A program made the position numbers and the translations under genes. 64,000 nucleotides of DNA, taken from assembly GCF_009914755.1 (NCBI RefSeq), contig NC_060932.1, one strand, 5' to 3'. Below are positions 54,757-64,000 of this stretch, piece by piece (within the stretch, counting starts at the first letter, position 1; every line of letters begins with the position of its first letter). Source of the DNA: the human T2T-CHM13v2.0 reference genome, Homo sapiens. The notes beneath the pieces were generated by a model that was not told where the DNA came from, did no database searches, and saw only the letters and a program-made list of their open reading frames with translations.

Positions 54757-55195
54757 ACCCACTGTCCAACCAGTCCCAATGAGATGAACCAGGTACCTCA
54801 GTTCACCACATGTTCTCACTCACAAGTGGGAGTTGAACAATGAGAACACATGGACACAGGGAGGAAAACATCACACATCAGGGCCTGTCGGGGGGTGGGA
54901 GGCTAGGGGAGGGATAACATTAGGAGAAATACCTAATGTAGGAGATATACCTAATGTAAATGACGAGTTAATGGGTGCAGCACACCAACATGGCACATGT
55001 ATACATATGTAACAAACCTGCACGTTGTGCACATGTACCCTAGAACTTAAAGTATAAAAAATAAAATAAAACAGAAATACCTAATGTAGGTGACGGGTAG
55101 ATAGGTGCAGCAAACCACCATGGCATGTCTATATCTATGTAACAAACCTGCAAACCTGCACGTTCTGCGCACGTACCTCACGACTTAAAGTATAA
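54757..55195 (+). mobile_element. Composite L1PA: inverted 5'UTR piece, older L1PA 3' UTR, and nested younger L1PA 3' end
   Basis: 54757-54803 matches the reverse complement of the L1PA 5'UTR; 54804-54942 and 55073-55195 are one 3'UTR; 54943-55072 is a second 3' end with A-tail between 18-bp direct repeats. Confidence 0.85.
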
Positions 55196-56581
55196 CGTGT
55201 GTTTTAGCCTTTTTAGTGTGTGTAATTCAGAAGTCTGTCTTTGACCAACTATAAATCAAAGTGTGTGCTATCTCCAGATGAATTTGCTGCCCTGGAAACA
55301 TATGTGAGGTCACGAGGAAGGCCCCGTGGCTGCGCAATGTACAGGATGTTCCTTACATTTTTTGCGTGATAGGCTATAGTGGCAAGTCTTCAATGGGAAG
55401 AGATAATGTAGTGTACATAAAATGTGAGTAGCAAGTATTCACTGCTAATTATCTCTTTTTTATTTACTGATTTCCGACCTTGTGAAAGAAGAAAATACCT
55501 AGGCATGTGGCTATTGAGCTAATGGCATTAAGACCCTAATGTAACATTGATTTAATGCAGGTTTCTCGAAGGTCAAATACCTATTGGTTCTGTATAAATT
55601 GCATGGAAAAAAACAAAATGCGAAATGCCACTTGATAAGATTCTTAGTCTCCAAATTACTTAAATTCAGAGTCGTTGAAAGAAGTTTATCTAAATGTATT
55701 GACTACTTATGGCAAAGCACCTTTAAAACCACCTAAACAAATGCAGCGATGCTGCTTCTTTTATCTGTCAGCACATTCCCTTCATCTTCATTTCTCAGTG
55801 CAAATGTTCCAGGTCTCTTCCACCTTTTGTTCAAATGAATTCAGAACTTTGATACTTTGCATCGTGACATTTGGCCCACTGAGAAAATGTACAAAACCTC
55901 ACGGCTTCCACAGTCATCACATCAGGAGCTATTTGTATAGGCAGATGCCTCAAAATGTGGTACTAGTTGCTGTCTTAATTATCAGAGAAAAATCTTAGAA
56001 CACAAAAGGGAACATTGCATCTAGCCCTGCAGAGCCCTAGGTGGTACAGGGAAGGATTGAATCACCTTAAAAGCCTTGAGTCACAACCTGCCTCAGCTGC
56101 TCTGGGGCTTGGAGCAAGGTCCTTTGCTCAAAAGGAGTTTATTTCCCGACACCAGCAGGATGAGAGTTTAGACACAAGACAAGCGCATCACCACAATTTA
56201 TCTCACCCAGGATCATTCAGGAAGCCACTGACATCTGAAGAACACTTTCGCCTGTGCCTGCCCTTTCACGTCATGTTTTTGAAATATTCTCCACATAATA
56301 ATTTAATTTCCTTAAAGAGAAGTCCCTTGATTCTTTCTGTCTTTTGTGTACAATTGCATCTGACAGATGGAAGCTCTGATATCAGATTATTATGTCACAG
56401 CTTAGTTATTTGTCAAAATATATTCTTTTGTACCCATCATATTACCTTTAAATTATACTGTATGGGGCACAAGCAAAATATAAACTCTGCATATGAGAAA
56501 AGTTACAGAAAGACAAACATTTTCAACAGCTTCAGCGTCACACCTATAGATTGCAATTTAAAATTAATAAATATCTGAATG

Positions 56582-56668
56582 CATGTATATGTGAGTGTGT
56601 ATGTGTGTGAGAGAGAGAGCTCCCCTGTGTGCATGTGTGTGTGTATGTATGTGTGTGTATATGTGTGT
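56582..56668. repeat. Degenerate (TG/TA)n and (GA)n repeat
   Basis: Alternating purine-pyrimidine runs. Confidence 0.75.
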
Positions 56669-57113
56669 AAACTCACTCATGGACATATTGGCACGCACTC
56701 AACTTGCTGAAAGCTAGGGAAGGAAGAAATAGGTAGACACAGTGAGACCATGTTGTTTGTTTGTTTTTTTTTTTTTCAATGCATGTTAAAGCAAACAACC
56801 AAAAGTAAATAAAAATGATAGCGATTATTGCTGTACTAGAATAACCAAACATGGTAGTTTGGTAAAGACAAGGCTGAATACATATCTTATAGCTAAATAC
56901 ATGCTGTATATTTGTAAAATACCTGAAATCTTCACTGAATTTGAAAATAGATGTTGCTTATGCATAACGCTTTAATAAATGTTCTTTTATCGTGAAGTAA
57001 TGCCCCCCATGTTAATTTTAATCGTCAGACAGTAGAAAATCAATCTGACCATATATACAAAAACATGGGATTCAGTGCTGCCGTGTGGGATTAGCCCGGG
57101 GGGAAAAAGAAAC

Positions 57114-57290
57114 CCGGGATTAGCTACGTAATTTGCAGATCCCGGTGCAAAATGAAAATGAGAAGCCCCTTGTTGAAAATTGCTAAAAATATAACATGGG
57201 GACATCAGAGTCTTAAAACTAGCCTGGAGAGCCTTATTACAAGGGGTCCTGTGTGACCTCATTGGAAGCATGCACAAGAAATTTGCCCAG
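57114..57290 (-). mobile_element. MER45A-like hAT-Tip100 MITE
   Basis: gctacgtaatttgc..ggtgcaaaatgaaaatg..gccccttgttgaaaat..ggggtcctgtgtgac. Confidence 0.75.
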
Positions 57291-57526
57291 AACTGGGTTT
57301 GGTTCTGTATAATTAACTAGGTTGCCGGGTTGACAGAGGTCTCACAAGTGAAGGACTCATAAATGGTTGCAGGGACTTTGCATTGTAAGAGGTGGCACAC
57401 AATTTTCACTACCAGTCATTTTAAGACGTACAAATTTAAAAATTCACCAAAACTTGAATCCGAGTTTTCATCTCTTACACATAATGTAGAAGTAAGGGAC
57501 CATCAACAACTGGAGAGAGAAAGGAC

Positions 57527-57748
57527 AGCTTGGGTATTCCTAACCCAAAAATCCAAAATTCAAATTCTCCAAAATTTAAAACATGGTGCTCAAAGGAAGT
57601 ACTTATTGGAGGGTTTCAAATTCTGGATTTTTGGATTAGAGATGCTCAGCCAGATACGTCTGTTATGCAGACATTTCAAAATATAAAAAAATCCAAGATC
57701 TTAAATATTTCTTTCTCAAGCATTTCAGATAAGGGCTATTCAATCTAT
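57527..57748. mobile_element. Tigger4/MER46 (TcMar-Tigger) MITE
   Basis: aaaatccaaaattcaaat..ctcaaaggaa..ggatttttggattagagatgctca..caagcatttcagataagggctattcaa. Confidence 0.75.
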
Positions 57749-58390
57749 ATTTAACCAACCTCATGGGCCAAACATCACTCTTCAGCTTATTACATTTTTG
57801 CCCACACAGTAACACTGAAAAAGACAGTTTCCTTTCTCATTAAATCAAAAATACTTTCTGGACACTCCAGATACCACTACCAGGAATTATACCTGCTTTT
57901 AGCTCATTTTCACTTACTAAATTATTGAGTATCTAATCACTTTTAATAACATTCTGAGATTAATCCATTTATTGTAACATGCATTGTTTATCATTTACAT
58001 TTTTCAATATAAATAAAATGTATTAAGGCAGCATTTTGTTAAAATTATTTCCACATTTGACCTTCAAGGACTCTAAATGGACATATTTCTGCTCTAACCT
58101 CTTGGGCATGTTATTGAGCTTCCATTAAACACTATTGAAAATGTAGTTTTGGATACAGTCTGTAGAACCTGGAAAGTCTAATACACCTTTAGTTGCACTG
58201 ATGGTTTTGTAAGACTATTCGTTAAAATAGATTGATTTTTGACTTGTGAACACAAAGGTAATTAATGATCAGAATAACTTTATTAACATTGAATTCCAAA
58301 TTGATAGGGGAGTACATTCACTGCTTTCCGGATGTAACTTAGGCCATATGTGTGTAACGTGATTGGAGAAGAATTGAACCGCCCATCTGA

Positions 58391-58831
<441 letters not shown>

Positions 58832-60021
58832 CCGTGGTCTTTGATCCGTGTGAAATTGTGTCCTCAGCTCTTCCTTCTCTACACAACTTCTAGATTGACA
58901 GTGGGTTGGATGTCTAGGCCTTTCATTTGACCTTGATTTTGATTGTCTGCTGTCGGTTTCAATCTACTGTATAACTGTGGTTGGGAAAAGGATGAAAGAT
59001 ATAGAGACTTATGCTTTTGTCACATTTCCCAAAACACTTTCCCCCACAGTAGTGTTCTCTAATTAGTCCCAGTACTCAGAACCACGTCACTCTCTCTCAC
59101 TCTGTGTTTCTTTTAGTTGAACTTGCATGGTCCTGCAGACCTCATCAGCCACTGCCCTAAGGTTTTTTAGTGGCTCCCACTAAGAATTAAGAACAGTGAA
59201 ACTTTAAAAGCCCTGGCAAGATAGTGTCTCTTTCTAGAGAGACTGGCAGAAATAGGGGTTTGGCATGTGAATGGTGATGGTGACAACCCATGGCAACTAA
59301 ATGAGCCCTGAGTCTTCAAAGACAAAAGCCGGTCGTCCTGTGAGTGTAACCATGCTCCTAATACAGATGCATGATAGCTTGTTCAGCTGTGAATATGCCG
59401 TAAAGAACACGTTCGTGCTACCAAGTAAAGTGGAAAGGATAAATTTTTAAAATGTGCTCACATATTTGTCGAATGTAACAGTCATCAATTCCAGGGTGAA
59501 ATAACCCTGAGGAAGAGTTCATACTATGACTCCTTGGGTGGGTTGCAATGCATATTAATATGTCAGGAACGTAATGAGGTTCATCAATAAAGAGCCCTGT
59601 TTAACTTTGTCAACCAAGCAGTTACCAAATTTATTAACCAGAAATCCATTTTCTGGCTCACTGTTTATCAATACAGTCTGTGCACCATTGATAGAGACAA
59701 TAAAGGGATGATTTCTGCTTTAGATACCGAGTAGGAAATGAGATGAGAATGATATTAATTGCATAGGAATAGATGAGTGGTTTTGACAAAGAAGACCCTG
59801 AGTGTAAAGTTAATAAAAGCTTACACACATTAGAGGAAGCACGGTGGGAAGCTATTCTTTTATTTTCAGTGGACTTTAAAATAATATGGGCAGGACCCTG
59901 ATGTCATTTAGGTCTGGCCTGGCATCCTGACAATTCTGACGGTCCTAATTTCTATCATGAGTTATTTTCAGTAGCCAGAAGAACTGGAAAATAATGTTAA
60001 AATGCTAGTTGATAAGACAAT

Positions 60022-60272
<251 letters not shown>

Positions 60273-61349
60273 ATTAGGGTCTGAACAGAATTGTGATTCT
60301 GTTCAGAGGCCGAAGCATGTGTTTGAGCAAGGAAACACAATGACGAGACTACATTTGTATCCTCAGCTCACTCTCCCTTGAGCTAGCATCCTGCCTCCAA
60401 TGCAACTAAGGTACACTCACTTCTCAACCAGACAGGAGCAATTCCAAGTTGATCCATCACCCCAGGCACTGTCAGATTGAGGGTTCTAATATAATTTACA
60501 CCAAGGGTAACCCACTCTCCCTGATTTTTATCATAACCTGCCCTGGCAGGGTTTTGATTCTACCACAGTAACTCCCAGAAATTCCAAGTGGCTGAAATAA
60601 ATCCTGTCATCAGCATAGTTAGTTACTTACTGCAGATATTGTTACTACCTACAGCAAATATTGCTTCTTTTCTTTTTCTCATGCTCACCTCCACTGTCAC
60701 CCACGAATCCACCAGCCATCACCCCACTCTACCAAATGCTGCTGCCTGCCTGAGTGGACAGATATACTCTCATTCAGCTAATAATTTAATGCCCCTTTAT
60801 ATTCATTTTCTTTGAATATCACTTGAGATTTTGTTGGCTGTGTGAGACTAATATGACTTTCGCTTAAAAAATCACATGCTTCTAATTTTATTTTGAAAAT
60901 CGGGGTTTTTGGTGTACTTTCATTACATTTATCAACGTCTTGTAGGAATCTTAAAATATGAATAGCAAAAGAAATCATTTATTTCTGGTAGATCATGCTA
61001 TGTCGTGTGCCATTCCACGTAAGAATCTTGCTGAGTGGTCTTGCTGATTTCAGCTCATCGTCCACAGGCTGGTCCCTTGATTGATGGTCTGCCCGTAAAT
61101 GAAGTACACAAACTCTCCATGTGCCTCACCAAAAACAAAACCAAGACCAATAAGGTGCTACCAAAAAGAAGAAGCTGTGTGTTGCTTGTGTCTCCACTCA
61201 AGGGCACACATGTATCTCTGGGGATGGTGTAAATGCACCTTTTGCCACATATGTTAGAAATAAAGTCTAAAACTTGGTGAGCTCTCACCATGATTTCAAT
61301 TTGTTCCTGGGATGTTTTAGAACAGTAATTGCCATCCTTGAATATTGAA

Positions 61350-61505
61350 CTTATCCAGGGAGCTTTAAACTATAATGACAACTTGGCTTTATTCATCAGA
61401 GATTCCGATTTATGGATTTAATTTGATTGAGTGTTATATAGGCCTCAGGAGTCTTATAATATCTCCAGTTAATTCTAATGTGCATTAAGACTGAGAGCCC
61501 CTGCT
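61350..61505. mobile_element. MER5-family MITE
   Basis: ccagggagctttaaa..cagagattccgatt..ctccagttaattctaatgtgca..ctgagagcccctg. Confidence 0.55.
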
Positions 61506-61839
61506 TCAGAAACTCTCAGATTTGGAGATTTTGCAGAGGACTTGCCTAGTATCCAGGTGGTTTTTCCCATCACAGTTAAAGCATGGGGGGATCCCTGGGT
61601 TCCTCGGGTTCTCTGTGTTCCATCATTAGTTAGTGGGCCTGGCCCTTTCTTTGTAGTAGACCCTGGAGGAGACATACCCTATGGTGCTGATTCTCTCTAA
61701 TGTCTTCAAAACCTTACACTATGAATTTCTCTTCACTCTTGATTTTCAGTCTGTCACCTGCCTTTTCCAGTTTGGTAGCATCAGGAAGACTAAAATTAAA
61801 TATTAGTCAGACTTAATTTAACAAGCATTGTTGTGAACT

Positions 61840-63715
61840 TCTGGTTTCTACTCTGAAATGTAAACAGCTCAAAAGTTGTTTATCTCAACTGAGAAAGCTG
61901 AAATTCAACAAATATTCATAAATTTATCAGAGAAAAGAGTTCACAGGGCAAACCATCATCATGACAACTGGAGAGACAGGCAAGTACATACCTAGAGCTG
62001 CAGCTCCTTGGAAGAAAAAGCCACAGCTGGATCCTGCTGGGAACACTTAAAGGGTCATTGACTCATTGCTGTGGGCTAAGCATGGGCTATATTGAGAGGC
62101 TAAAAACTACAGTTCCCCATATGCATATGTGTTTTATAACCATAAGTACCACCAGGTTCTCAGGCAAAAATCAGAGAAAGAGCCTTTTGTGTTTCCATCT
62201 GGGAATCAGGTGGGAATAATTATTTTTTAATATTCCCAGAACACTGTCATCATTAACAAAGGCCTACCTTCAAGGAAAAGTACTTAGCAAACCTGGGTTT
62301 ACCAGACCCTTACCACCCAGGCAGAAAGAAAATAGTCAACTGCAGGCCTCTCTAATCTTCCTGTCTCACCTAACTTGGGGGAAAGCTAAGAAGTACTTGT
62401 GAAGTTCACAGCCTAGGGTCGCAAGCCCACTAAAAGACTGATACTTAAATATAGAAGCATAAAATGGTCCTCTTCTCTCCACACATTACCAAATCAACAG
62501 GGCTCCTCAGTAATAGCAGAGAATTACAGCTGAAAAGAACTGCAAAGCTCAGACTATTTAAGAAGGATTCTCAAGAGAAATCTAGAGACAACAGGGGAGA
62601 CTAAAACAAAGAAGCTAGAGGAAATTAGTCTCTGATGGCTACAGCTATAACAGGTATAAACACAGGCTAACTTCATCCAGATAAACATAAAACCTCACAT
62701 TACAGCCCTGTTTACCTGAGTTCCTTTTACTGCATGCATCATCTTTAGTTTTCATCAAATAATTACAAAGCATTCCAAACATACGCTGAAGAGGTAAAGC
62801 AAACATTAGTACCAGACCCAGATATGATGGAGACTTTGGAATTATCAAAACAAGAATCTGAAACAGCTATGACAAGTGTGCTAAGGGCTTTACTGGAAAG
62901 TGGACACCGTGCACAAACAGATGAGCAGTGTAAGCAGAGAGATGGAAACTCAAAGAGTGAATCAAAATGGAATGCTGGAGACTCAAGGCATTGTAACAGA
63001 TATAAACAATGGCTTCGAGTGTCTTCATTCTGTAGGGCTGCCATAACAAGGTACCAGAGACTGGGTGTGGTAAACAGCAAAACTTTATTTCATCATGATT
63101 CTGGAAGCTAGACGTCCAAGGTGTTATCAGGGTTGTTTCCCCTGAGGCCTCTCTCCTTGGCTTGTAGATGCCCGCCTTCCCTGTATGTGTCTGAGTCCTA
63201 ATCTCCTCTTTTTATAAAAACATCAGTCATGTTAAATAAGGGTCCACCCAAAGACCTCATTTAATATTGATGACCTTGTTAAGATCCACTTTACAAATAT
63301 AGTCACCTTCTGAGGTAATGGATATTAGGACTTCAGTGTATTTCTTTCATTTTGGAAGACACAATTTAGCCCATAACAATTTCCAATTCTGCAAAGCAAA
63401 GAGAAAAGAAAATTTGGAAAACAAAAACAAACAAACAAACAAACAAACAAACAAACCGAATAGGAGATGTAGGACAATTACCAAAAATGTAATATATAGA
63501 TAATGGGTATTCAAGAAGGAGAATAAACAGAAAAAGGAACATAAGAACTATTTGAAGTAATGATGTTTCAGAATTCTCAAAAATAGTGATAAACACCAAA
63601 TCACAGATCCAGGAAACTCAGAGAAGACTAAGCAGAGTAAATACCAAAAATCTACATTTAGGCATATCAATTCAAACTGCAGAAAAACAACAAGAAAATA
63701 TTGAAGGAAGCCACA
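61840..63715 (+). mobile_element. Old L1M 5' region / ORF1 remnant, interrupted by MLT1
   Basis: A-rich ORF1-like tracts (cacagatccaggaaactcagaga..aggcatatc..ttcaaactgcagaaaa..aaaatattgaaggaagcca). Confidence 0.65.
63017..63378 (-). mobile_element. MLT1A/B-like MaLR LTR
   Basis: agggctgccataacaaggtacca..ttctggaagctaga..gaggcctctctccttggcttgtagatg..acaatttagcccataaca. Confidence 0.85.
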
Positions 63716-63788
63716 GTTAAAAACAAACAAACAAACAAAACAAAACAAAAAAGAAAAAAGCATCACACCTAAAGCAAAACAATGAACC

Positions 63789-63982
63789 AGCAACGCATGG
63801 TGGCTCACACCTGTAATCCCAACACTTTCGGAGGCCGAAGCAGGTGGATCATCTGAGGTCATGAGTTCAACACCAGCCTGGCCAATATGGTGAAACCCCA
63901 TCACTAATAAAATACAAAAATTAGCCGGGTGTGGTGGTGCGTGCCTGTAATCCCAACTACTCGGGAGGCTGAGGCGGGAGAA
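63789..63982 (+). mobile_element. Alu (AluS), breaks off in right arm near window end
   Basis: Left arm and linker intact; non-Alu sequence follows gcgggagaa. Confidence 0.88.
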
Positions 63983-64000
63983 ACCCTGACATTGTGCTGA

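Noticed and set aside
56015-56578. 187-aa ORF in unique upstream DNA
   Set aside because: TTG start, no recognisable domain or splice context; compatible with chance in 64 kb.

Overview
Primate (very probably human) genomic DNA centred on the promoter and first exon of CSMD1 on the minus strand. The coding part of exon 1 (35210->35126, 85 nt) encodes the signal peptide MTAWRRFQSLLLLLGLLVLCARLLTAAK-G and ends at an AAGG|GTAAG donor. I recognise the gene from this peptide; the human locus is 8p23.2. Positions 1-35125 are the start of the very large intron 1, a bipartite CpG island spans about 32.2-36.0 kb, and 36-64 kb is upstream intergenic DNA. The remainder is AT-rich DNA with ordinary interspersed repeats (about 18 Alu copies/fragments, L1, L2, MIR, THE1/MLT LTRs, MER1/MER5/MER45/Tigger4 DNA transposons) and microsatellites. 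I see no foreign insert, CRISPR array, RNA gene or second protein-coding gene, and no convincing new biological system. The best leads sit at the CSMD1 5' end: three uAUGs, an in-frame CUG in strong context, an open read-through frame into intron 1, a complete intronic poly(A) signal at the island edge, a candidate internal promoter cassette and a CTCF motif pointing into the gene. There is also an unusual L1 composite at 54.7-55.2 kb. Repeat subfamily names come from recalled consensus sequences and need RepeatMasker/Dfam confirmation.
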